Source: an uncultured virus (IMG/VR IMGVR_UViG_3300005617_000177) (taxonomy: Duplodnaviria; Heunggongvirae; Uroviricota; Caudoviricetes). Taken from it: a stretch of DNA of 20,000 bases. The notes under the pieces were generated by a model. That model saw nothing but the letters and a program-made list of their open reading frames with translations, had not been told where the DNA came from and searched no databases. Below, one piece after another: positions 1 to 6,998 of this stretch. The stretch lies in IMG/VR virus record IMGVR_UViG_3300005617_000177; one strand, written 5' to 3'. The translations under genes were made by a program, and so were the position numbers. Position 1 is the stretch's first letter, and each line of letters opens with the position of its first letter.

Positions 1-69
1 GATCAAAAGTTCGTGGGCTTTGTAGAGTTTTTTCGTCGCGGCGGTAATTAGAGCTGATATCTCATTCAT
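1..69 (-). CDS. Hypothetical protein, 5' fragment (MNEISALITAATKKLYKAHELLI...), runs off the window
   Basis: ATG at 69 preceded by GAGG (gaggtttctATG); frame open to the window edge; not in ORF track. Confidence 0.65.
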   Translation of the reverse strand, partial: MNEISALITAATKKLYKAHELLI

Positions 70-110
70 AGAAACCTCGTTCTGCGCTCCTACAGTTTAC
101 CGTCGCGTAA

Positions 111-1037
111 CTAATTCTCTAACTTTTTAGGTTCTACTCTTTTGAATTCAGCATTAGATTCGACTCGTTTGAATTCTTCGACTGTTTCATCATCGAAGAA
201 CTCTCGATCGAGGGACCACGCTTCGAATAGCATGTCAGCGATGATGCTTCGATCGGATCTGTTTTCGAATTCAGGTTCTTTCTTGCGCCACCATCTACAG
301 AAACCAGCAATCGCCCACGAATCCCATAGTTCTGGTGGGGCTATCTCCGGTTCCGTCGCCGATACAGTATTGATCCAGTCCGCGATTTTCTCGCCCTCGG
401 GTCTGGTGTCTCCCAACTCGGTAGTTCTCTTGTCGAAGTCGTCCAGAATTTCTATGGCCGACTGTGATGCCTGCAAGAACTTGACCTTCTTTGGCTCTAC
501 AAAGACCCGGCGTTTAAGCGACTCAACCAGAGCTTCGAATTCCTGAATGTTCTTTGTTGTCTGCGCTTCTTTGAGAAGCTGTGTCCGCATTTCCCGATCT
601 ATGTATCGGATGCAGTAACTCATTTTCAGTAGATAACGGAATGGAATATCTTTAACTTGTTCGAATCCCCACTGTTCTTCGATCAGCATCACCAGAATAT
701 TTGCCTGCTGTGATGCTGTCTTCTGAGATCGGTTGATAGAGAACGATGCTCGTAGGAATCTATAGAGCGCCGTGATCGGATTGGGATCGTCCCATATCTT
801 ATAGTCATCACTTTTCCACGGCTTCTGTTCCAAGCATTCATAGGCAAAGGGAATCGCCGTACGATAGAAGGACTCAATTGTTTTCTGGAGAGACGCTTCC
901 AGTCTCTCGCTTATGATCCGCCCCTGAACAAATAGCTCACGAGCAGATTTCAAAGTTTCGACTGGTACGGACTCTGGTTCAGACGCAGACTCCGCCGCTG
1001 GCTCTGGAATTAATTGTGTACCTTCCATAGAAACCAA
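111..1037 (-). CDS. Hypothetical protein (~305 aa, helical, possibly DNA-binding)
   Basis: Long ORF on the coding strand; start TTG 1037 or ATG 1028; no recognisable motif. Confidence 0.8.
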   Translation of the reverse strand: MVSMEGTQLIPEPAAESASEPESVPVETLKSARELFVQGRIISERLEASLQKTIESFYRTAIPFAYECLEQKPWKSDDYKIWDDPNPITALYRFLRASFSINRSQKTASQQANILVMLIEEQWGFEQVKDIPFRYLLKMSYCIRYIDREMRTQLLKEAQTTKNIQEFEALVESLKRRVFVEPKKVKFLQASQSAIEILDDFDKRTTELGDTRPEGEKIADWINTVSATEPEIAPPELWDSWAIAGFCRWWRKKEPEFENRSDRSIIADMLFEAWSLDREFFDDETVEEFKRVESNAEFKRVEPKKLEN

Positions 1038-1045
1038 GTTTCCAA

Positions 1046-1074
1046 CGCCCCGCTACCAGGATAGCAGCGGGGCG
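1046..1074 (-). other. GC-rich intergenic hairpin (transcript 3'-end or processing element; no U-tract)
   Basis: Minus strand CGCCCCGCUGCUA-UCC-UGGUAGCGGGGCG: 13-bp stem with two G-U pairs, just downstream of the 1091 stop. Confidence 0.7.
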
Positions 1075-1090
1075 GTTTGAGTCAGATTAC

Positions 1091-2284
1091 TCAAAAAGGA
1101 ATTTCTTCGTCGTCTGCCGCACTCACCGTTGCCGCCATTGCTGCTATTGGCGCAGGTGGTTGCCGAGATTCAGATCCCCGGGTTGTTCGAGATTGGGCTG
1201 CGCTGGCTGGAGCCGCTTGCTGCTTTAGATTATCGGCTTCCAGTTTCAGGTGGTCGATCAATATGCTCGCCCCTGCTTGCGTCAGGTTAAAGATCGTTGA
1301 ATCATCGGTGCCGCCTTTGAGTTGCCCGGCCCCGCGCAACACGGCCAATTCAACATCGGGATCCTGATCGACCTTCTCGGCCAACTCTTTGATGCGTTCC
1401 ATCTGTGCATCGGTTGCGAGTTTATCAGCATCTTCTGTGAAGTGTCCGGCTTCGGCGGCTTTGCTGCTGGACAATTCCTTGACCATGCCGCCATACGTAT
1501 CGATCCATTCTACGATCGTTTTGATTCGTTCGCTCCCGTCGTTCTTCTTTGGGATGTAGAGCTTCTTCAACTCATCAAGGTTGTCCGCAAACATCTTGAG
1601 AGTCGATACGCCCGTTCGACCGTCCTTTGTTGTTCGCAGGCCGCGTTCTTCCAGATCTTGAACAGGACACGCCCACGAAACGTCAGGAGATTTCCCAACC
1701 AGCATCGGTCTATGCTTCACCGGGAGCAGAAATTGATTATAGGAAAGCGACTTTGCAGTCGGATTCTTCCTCTTGTGTTCGGCGGTCGCAGCGCCGACAA
1801 CATAGCGCAGAAAGTTCCGAACGTGAGCACACATCCGATATCCATTCGACTTGCCGCTGTACTTGATCCTGAATGGCTTCGATGGCGACCAGAACTGCCA
1901 GATACCGGCTATGAGATAGAACGCAACCTTTCCCGATTGCTCGCTTGTCCACGCGACCGGACCCCGATCATCGTGGTCGAAGGCGACCACGGTCAGATGG
2001 TAGTTCGGTAGAATCCATCCTTCTTGTCGCTTGAATCCCCCCGGCGAGTCTTCATCCAGATGATCTATGACGAGTCTCTTTGCGTACTTCTCGTCAATTA
2101 TCGCATCATCGGGAACCTGACTGTCCGGAATGAAAAGTCCTCCGTTTTCGCCTTTGGAGTCCTTGTCGTTGTGAATGTAAATGATCGGCAGTTCCAGTCT
2201 GGCTTCTACAGCCGCTTTGTCGTGCCGACCTTCGTCTCCGAAGTAGCTATCAACGCCAGAGGCGTCATCTCTAGGTTCGTCCAT
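1091..2284 (-). CDS. Putative ssDNA-binding / single-strand annealing protein
   Basis: Low-complexity linker then SSB-type acidic tail DDEEIPF; ATDAQMERIKEL...LTQAGASILIDHL resembles the AT.KQ...LT..EAS..ID.L module of phage Rad52/ERF C-termini. N-terminal domain not recognised. Confidence 0.6.
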   Translation of the reverse strand: MDEPRDDASGVDSYFGDEGRHDKAAVEARLELPIIYIHNDKDSKGENGGLFIPDSQVPDDAIIDEKYAKRLVIDHLDEDSPGGFKRQEGWILPNYHLTVVAFDHDDRGPVAWTSEQSGKVAFYLIAGIWQFWSPSKPFRIKYSGKSNGYRMCAHVRNFLRYVVGAATAEHKRKNPTAKSLSYNQFLLPVKHRPMLVGKSPDVSWACPVQDLEERGLRTTKDGRTGVSTLKMFADNLDELKKLYIPKKNDGSERIKTIVEWIDTYGGMVKELSSSKAAEAGHFTEDADKLATDAQMERIKELAEKVDQDPDVELAVLRGAGQLKGGTDDSTIFNLTQAGASILIDHLKLEADNLKQQAAPASAAQSRTTRGSESRQPPAPIAAMAATVSAADDEEIPF

Positions 2285-2297
2285 GGGTTTGTCTACC

Positions 2298-2331
2298 TTT
2301 CGTCACAATTTTCGTCACCAAATTTTGTCAC
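2298..2331 (-). repeat. Three tandem GTGACRAAA copies in the 5' leader of the SSB-like gene
   Basis: Minus strand GTGACAAAA-tttg-GTGACGAAA-att-GTGACGAAA; copies at 2323-2331, 2310-2318 and 2298-2306. Confidence 0.8.
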
Positions 2332-2342
2332 TAATAGATCCC

Positions 2343-2371
2343 ATCTTGAACCTACTACAGTCCGCTGTCAA
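2343..2371 (-). promoter_or_regulatory. Sigma70-type promoter for the SSB-like gene
   Basis: Perfect TTGACA (2371-2366), 17-nt spacer, imperfect -10 CAAGAT (2348-2343), intergenic. Confidence 0.55.
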
Positions 2372-2386
2372 TTCTTTTAATCCTGC

Positions 2387-2647
2387 TCACTACGAAGCAG
2401 TTAGTAATCGCAGCTATACACTTCGCCAGTCATGAAGTTCCAAAAGATACAGAACGATCTGTTCTTTAACTCGCTGCGTTCATCGACTTCATACTCACAA
2501 TACAACTCGACATCGAATGGACTATTGCCACACTCGGCGTGCGCTTTCCGACTCGGACTTCCAAACACCAACATCAACACTGCTGCAATCAGCACCAGCT
2601 TCCTCAAGGTATTCTTCATGAGTTTCCTTTCTCTTCACTACGAAGCA
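2387..2647. repeat. 13-bp direct repeat TCACTACGAAGCA flanking the 72-aa gene
   Basis: Identical copies at 2387-2399 and 2635-2647. Confidence 0.75.
2401..2619 (-). CDS. Small secreted Cys-containing protein (72 aa)
   Basis: Basic N-terminus, hydrophobic stretch LVLIAAVLMLVFG, AHA cleavage site; four Cys in mature part; ATGA overlap and AGGA RBS. Confidence 0.75.
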   Translation of the reverse strand: MKNTLRKLVLIAAVLMLVFGSPSRKAHAECGNSPFDVELYCEYEVDERSELKNRSFCIFWNFMTGEVYSCDY

Positions 2648-2873
2648 TTCGTCTAATATTCTCAGTTATCTCGTGTTGAATTCTGAGAACCTCTTTGTCT
2701 TTCAGGAAGTCTGCGGTTGGACCTCCCTCAATGGGCATCACTCTGCAACCGATAGCGCAGGCGAGGCGTGCATGACGAGGGCAGAATGGATAGTGACTTC
2801 CGGTCTCGTAATACACAGCCTCTTCCCCGCAATCATCCCAATTCTTATGCTCGATTAGCCACGAACAGGTCAC
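2616..2873 (-). CDS. Hypothetical Cys/His-rich protein (85 aa)
   Basis: C..C..CxxH pattern; coupled to both neighbours. Confidence 0.75.
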   Translation of the reverse strand: MTCSWLIEHKNWDDCGEEAVYYETGSHYPFCPRHARLACAIGCRVMPIEGGPTADFLKDKEVLRIQHEITENIRRMLRSEEKGNS

Positions 2874-3535
2874 TACTTCCCTTTCTTGCTGTGCTCGTCG
2901 TCTTCAAGCATCTCTCTCTGTACTTGGCTGTATTGAAGATCCGCAGCGTTGCTGCTCTTTCGATACGAGGCCACGTTTGCCGATGCGACTTTCATAGCCG
3001 TAGCTCCTTGCGCTCTAGAGAAGTTGGCGGCTGCTGCTGCGGGGATCCCGATGTCGGCTGCGGCCGCAAATGCGTCCTGGCTGGCGCCGAGATACACAAA
3101 CTGCCATTTATACACGTCATGCTGATGGGCGGTCATCTCTCGAATTTGTATCGCGGTGAATTCTCGACTGTGATTCTCCAGCCCATCGGTGTAGATGCAG
3201 AACACAACCTTATCGGGTCTGTCCTGTTCCGGTATCGCGGACAATCGAGCCCCGGTCTTGATAATGGTTTGACCCAAGGCGTCTCGAAGAGGCGTCATAG
3301 CACCGGGAATGAAGGTGTCGGGTGTGAGCAGCTTGGCGTCCTTGATTGGGACGGCATCCTGTACAGTATCAATCGACTGGCTGTCGAACTGGACCAGGGT
3401 GAAGACAGCGTTGTCTCCGATCTCCTGTTGCTGCTTGACGAATTGATTGAATCCTCCAATGACGTCAGTCTTGATGTCATTCATAGATCCAGAGCGGTCA
3501 AGTAAGACCGTTATGTCGGTTGAGTCTTTGGCCAT
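2873..3535 (-). CDS. von Willebrand factor A (vWA) domain protein
   Basis: MIDAS LLDRSGSM, GAMTPLRDAL, YTDGLENHSREF, WQFVYLGA; AGGAG RBS. Confidence 0.93.
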   Translation of the reverse strand: MAKDSTDITVLLDRSGSMNDIKTDVIGGFNQFVKQQQEIGDNAVFTLVQFDSQSIDTVQDAVPIKDAKLLTPDTFIPGAMTPLRDALGQTIIKTGARLSAIPEQDRPDKVVFCIYTDGLENHSREFTAIQIREMTAHQHDVYKWQFVYLGASQDAFAAAADIGIPAAAAANFSRAQGATAMKVASANVASYRKSSNAADLQYSQVQREMLEDDEHSKKGK

Positions 3536-3542
3536 GTTTCTC

Positions 3543-4151
3543 CTATAGCGGTTGAGTGGTGACTATGCGCTGTCCGAGCCATCGGACTTCTGTGATGCCG
3601 AAACAGGCCCCTCGAGATTCAGCATCGAAGGCGAAGACTTTATCTCCCGACCCCCAATTACTGACTACCTCCCGGTTCCCGTCTCTATTAACCTTGATCC
3701 TGAAATTGCTGAAGTGAAGCTGCGCTCCAATCAAGCCCATAGTAGCAAACAACAAAGCGTGATAAGAAGCACCACAGACTGTACACCGAAGCCAAGTATC
3801 CAGCTTCGCTGGTTGGTCCGGATCCCAATCCAGTACTCCCTCACAGTCGATGTGTGGACCATCTATGAGACTCGGATTGTATTCAGGGTTATCAAAGTCG
3901 GGGGCCCCTTCCCGTGTCAGGGCGAGAGACCCCTCCACTCGCAGTGACATGCGAGTTACCGGATATTTGCGGTGCCTCAAAAAGCAGGGAATGTACCGTC
4001 GCTGATTCGCTTTCGGACATCGCGCATTTCGACACACCACAAAGAAACTTTTGTCAGTACGAACAAACAGAGAGAGTTCACCACAACCATCGCAAAGCCT
4101 GCCGAGGTCGAATGGAACAGTGTGTTCTGTTTTTAATAGCGGCGCGAACAT
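3543..4151 (-). CDS. Hypothetical Zn-ribbon-containing protein (202 aa)
   Basis: CDGC, CRNARC and CTVC motifs; has its own upstream promoter. Confidence 0.75.
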   Translation of the reverse strand: MFAPLLKTEHTVPFDLGRLCDGCGELSLFVRTDKSFFVVCRNARCPKANQRRYIPCFLRHRKYPVTRMSLRVEGSLALTREGAPDFDNPEYNPSLIDGPHIDCEGVLDWDPDQPAKLDTWLRCTVCGASYHALLFATMGLIGAQLHFSNFRIKVNRDGNREVVSNWGSGDKVFAFDAESRGACFGITEVRWLGQRIVTTQPL

Positions 4152-4165
4152 GTTTTACGAGTGAG

Positions 4166-4194
4166 ACAATAAATCAAACCTTGATCGGAGTCAA
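4166..4194 (-). promoter_or_regulatory. Sigma70-type promoter
   Basis: TTGACT (4194-4189), 17-nt spacer, TATTGT (4171-4166), 14 nt upstream of ATG 4151. Confidence 0.65.
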
Positions 4195-4547
4195 GGGAAA
4201 TCTAAAGGATGGATATAAAAAGGCATCTTCCGTGCTCTGGCCTTTCTGATGATGTCGTATGTTCCGTCAGACGTCAGCTTAGGGTGCGGAATTGCGATAA
4301 GCGCTTCACCGGCCTTAATCATTTCCGCGTTGCGAATTGGGCCGGCGCGCTTGCCGTATTTAGTCCAGTCGGCGGGATGTGGTTCGACAGGGATACCTCT
4401 CGATTCAGCCCATTCTCTTGCGGTTAAATCGATTCCCCAATACTCACCTTCAATGAGTAAAGTGATCTGAAAGCCAGAGGCCCGAACAGCATCATCAACG
4501 ATCTGTTCGTCCGCAATGAATCTCGAGCCTGCGATTATGACTTTGAT
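4191..4547 (-). CDS. SLOG-superfamily (DUF2493/YspA-like) protein, 118 aa, predicted ATC start
   Basis: Hand translation: (M)KVIIAGSRFIADEQIVDDAVRASGFQITLLIEGEYWGIDLTAREWAESRGIPVEPHPADWTKYGKRAGPIRNAEMIKAGEALIAIPHPKLTSDGTYDIIRKARARKMPFYIHPLDFP; signature IIAGSR, PADW..YGK.AGPIRN.EM and S.GT..I. Absent from the ORF track. Confidence 0.9.
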   Translation of the reverse strand: MKVIIAGSRFIADEQIVDDAVRASGFQITLLIEGEYWGIDLTAREWAESRGIPVEPHPADWTKYGKRAGPIRNAEMIKAGEALIAIPHPKLTSDGTYDIIRKARARKMPFYIHPLDFP

Positions 4548-4804
4548 TTCGATTCCTCGTCGGGTCTGAGTTGTCTGTGCTGCTTGAATATCAAGTTGGC
4601 CTGCTCAGTTCTTAACGAAGCTGAGATCATAAAGCCTTTACCACAAAGTCGGCATAGATATTCAGGCGCTTTGAACTCCCAGGATGGGCGTCCACCTACT
4701 CTGCGATTCGGATCTTCGTGATCCTTGCGGTACAAATCTCGTTCAAGCGTTTCCGTTCCGCACCAGGGACACCACGTTGCCCCGGTGTATGTTTTGTTGC
4801 CCAT
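4535..4804 (-). CDS. Zn-ribbon hypothetical protein (89 aa)
   Basis: CPWC...CRLC; TAATG coupling. Confidence 0.75.
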   Translation of the reverse strand: MGNKTYTGATWCPWCGTETLERDLYRKDHEDPNRRVGGRPSWEFKAPEYLCRLCGKGFMISASLRTEQANLIFKQHRQLRPDEESKSKS

Positions 4805-5235
4805 TAGCAGGTAAAAGCTGGTCCTGTTCCGAAAGCAGTCGCAAGTGCGAGAGCCTTTTCTTCGGCTTGGCTCTTAGCTTCCTCCAGCGTCTCTGCTTGA
4901 TGTGTGTCGCCTACGAATGTGAGATCAGCGATATAGAATCCCAAGTCGATACAGTACTCCCATCCCACTTCGGCTTCTTGTACTCTTAAAAAGATCGTGA
5001 CTTTCGACTCGCCAAACGTAGTCCCCGATACAGGATCATACGCGTGAACAACCTGTCCGATATTTATCTCGGCGGCATGAAATGGAGTATCGCCCAGGGA
5101 GCCTCCAACATATACCGATTTTGCTTCTATGCCAGCATTAGCCCACGCCTGTTCGATTCCTTCTTTTATTGCTTCTGCACTATATTCCGGTGATGTCGGA
5201 TCAACGTAATGCCAATCTATAGCAATTGTATTCAA
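4804..5235 (-). CDS. Hypothetical acidic protein (143 aa)
   Basis: TTG start with AGGAG RBS; fills the gap on the coding strand. Confidence 0.75.
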   Translation of the reverse strand: MNTIAIDWHYVDPTSPEYSAEAIKEGIEQAWANAGIEAKSVYVGGSLGDTPFHAAEINIGQVVHAYDPVSGTTFGESKVTIFLRVQEAEVGWEYCIDLGFYIADLTFVGDTHQAETLEEAKSQAEEKALALATAFGTGPAFTC

Positions 5236-5253
5236 GTGGCTCCTGTGTATTCA

Positions 5254-5440
5254 ATCTTGGACGGCCCGATGCCCGATTCTCCGCGGGCGCCTCCCGCTCC
5301 GAGGATCGCTATCATACCCCGGTATTATCGACGTTGCCACGGGTGTGCTAATTTCAGCCGGGTTCGAAGTGGCTGGACCGAAGTCTTAATCGTGTCTACC
5401 AAGGGTGGTTAGCCCTCTGTATCTACACCACGTCCAAGAT
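5254..5440 (-). ncRNA. Putative novel structured non-coding RNA (~187 nt)
   Basis: Perfect 10-bp terminal stem AUCUUGGACG/CGUCCAAGAU enclosing several internal helices, a C(UUCG)G tetraloop and a GCAA tetraloop; fills the only long intergenic gap; G-U pairs and tetraloops favour the minus strand. Confidence 0.7.
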
Positions 5441-5448
5441 CGAGACCG

Positions 5449-5931
5449 TTACTTCGAGGTTTTGTACTTCGTGCCCCAGACCGGTTCATTGGAGAAATTA
5501 ACAATGACGGCGATCTGTGGTCCTGCGGTCGGAACCTGGGGTGCGTTGTCTCTTATGTGAGAGGCAAGATAATGCAACCCAATGTCCGCAATGGCCAGCG
5601 AGGCCAGTATCGTCGTTTTCTGGCTGGCGGTCAGTTGATTGATGTCTTCATTCACAATACTAGAGAATGTAGGAATCAACTGAGAGAGCAGGGCTACTGC
5701 TTCGGTGGTCTGGCTTGCGGCGACCGCATCCTTCAGCTTTGTGGCTATCGTAATAGCCTGATCGAACTTCACTCCCGATCTCGGTAGAAGCTGATTGATC
5801 AAGGGGCGCGCGGCCGTGAGTGCTGTCAGAACATCATTGGCATTGCTAACAAGACTCTGTTTCGAACACGTCGCGGCGACGGTGCTCAGAAGAAGAACTG
5901 CGCTGAGAACTATTGAGGTACTTCTTTTCAT
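5449..5931 (-). CDS. Putative lipoprotein (160 aa)
   Basis: MKR, hydrophobic h-region, lipobox-like VAAT-C at residue 22; amphipathic helical body; GGGAG RBS. Confidence 0.75.
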   Translation of the reverse strand: MKRSTSIVLSAVLLLSTVAATCSKQSLVSNANDVLTALTAARPLINQLLPRSGVKFDQAITIATKLKDAVAASQTTEAVALLSQLIPTFSSIVNEDINQLTASQKTTILASLAIADIGLHYLASHIRDNAPQVPTAGPQIAVIVNFSNEPVWGTKYKTSK

Positions 5932-5940
5932 ATATCTCCC

Positions 5941-6996
5941 TTAAAGTTCGCTTACTCGAACTCTCTTTCCCTGCATTTTCTTTATGGTGGCGGTATCGGT
6001 CCCGATGTCTCGAGAAATCAGAATGCTTCCGCCCATCTTCACTTTGTCCAGAACACCAGTAAAAGACGCCTTATCCGGTGTGGGAGGTTCGGGCTTTGGC
6101 GGCTCCGGCTTTGGTGGTTCTGGTTTCGGCGGCTCCGGCTTTGGTGGCTCCGGCTGCGGTACTACTTTCTCGGCGGTGAGAACTCGCCCTTCCCAGAATG
6201 GACCATTCTGCATCTGGAAGTATTCGAAGGGGACTGCAAAGTCGCCGGGTCGCATCTGGAATCCGAACTGTGCGGCATCAGCAGACCAGCCGGTACTCCA
6301 GGAGTTGGCACATAATACGAACCCAGGAACTACAGCCCATGCCAGAAACGCGTGGCCTGCGGATGTGAACTGTCGAATACCAGCAGGTAGTTTCCCACCT
6401 TTGGGATTGAACCAGGCATCCGGCCAGGCGCTTGCCAGGGCAACAGCTTTATTTTGATTGATCGCATTCCAGATGTGTTCAAGGAATGTTCCACCCGAAG
6501 GATAGAAAGGCAAATGGGAGAACTCATAGTCTGCTCCCTCATCCCATTTGTAATTATCATACGCGTAGGTTGCGCTATCGACATAGCCGGTCTCAGCCGT
6601 CAATAACGGTGATCCCAATAGAAGCTGATCGAGATTATCAGCTAGATAGGATCCACTATCTTGCGGAAACCAGCCCTGCTTGATTCTGGATTGTGCGTAG
6701 AGCGGCCCGGGATTGATTGTCTTGGCCACTCGACCGGGATTCGCAGCGTTGTATACCAGTTCGACACCTGACTTTGAAGTACAAGAAGCGCAGCTTCCGA
6801 TGCCACCTTGATAGAAGATGGCAGGGCGCGGATCGAAGTCGGGACGCACCATAGATGTTGCTATGTTCAGATCGGCGATAGCCGGTGGAGGGGCGAAGAG
6901 GGACCATTTGTATTTGTCTTCAGATTCCGTCCTGGGGCGAACATTCGCTCCCAGACAAAGAACTAAGCCGTCCTGATTCCTCTTGTCTAGTTCCAT
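5941..6996 (-). CDS. Papain-like cysteine peptidase (family C1A) with Pro-rich linker and small C-terminal domain
   Basis: YQGGIGSCAS (oxyanion Gln and catalytic Cys), DSGSY, AGHAF (His), ANSWSTGW (Asn), GDFAVPFEY. Confidence 0.88.
   Translation of the reverse strand: MELDKRNQDGLVLCLGANVRPRTESEDKYKWSLFAPPPAIADLNIATSMVRPDFDPRPAIFYQGGIGSCASCTSKSGVELVYNAANPGRVAKTINPGPLYAQSRIKQGWFPQDSGSYLADNLDQLLLGSPLLTAETGYVDSATYAYDNYKWDEGADYEFSHLPFYPSGGTFLEHIWNAINQNKAVALASAWPDAWFNPKGGKLPAGIRQFTSAGHAFLAWAVVPGFVLCANSWSTGWSADAAQFGFQMRPGDFAVPFEYFQMQNGPFWEGRVLTAEKVVPQPEPPKPEPPKPEPPKPEPPKPEPPTPDKASFTGVLDKVKMGGSILISRDIGTDTATIKKMQGKRVRVSEL
6083..6157 (-). repeat. 15-bp coding tandem repeat, about five (K/Q)PEPP units
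   Basis: PQPEPPKPEPPKPEPPKPEPPKPEPPTP with synonymous codon variation between units; boundaries approximate. Confidence 0.85.
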
Positions 6997-6998
6997 TG

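Noticed and set aside
130..180. EFKRVE duplication at the C-terminus of the 308-aa protein
   Set aside because: Short imperfect local duplication in a probably disordered tail; no functional evidence.
5345..5385. tRNA gene (GGTTCGAA on the plus strand)
   Set aside because: No proper 5-bp T-stem, acceptor stem, D arm or anticodon arm on either strand.
5209..5412. 67-aa plus-strand ORF across the structured gap
   Set aside because: Opposite to all other genes, no clear RBS, unprotein-like composition; RNA structure explains the region better.
5254..5440. Retron msr-msd, RNase P, 6S RNA or SAM-I riboswitch
   Set aside because: No reverse transcriptase in the window and no long msd hairpin; GAACCCGGCU resembles the RNase P 3' motif but GAGGAAAGUCC is missing; the fold is branched rather than the 6S rod; SAM-I-like words occur only on the antisense strand without the full core.
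6083..6157. CRISPR array or non-coding tandem repeat
   Set aside because: 15-bp in-frame units with synonymous variation and no spacers; it encodes a Pro-rich linker.
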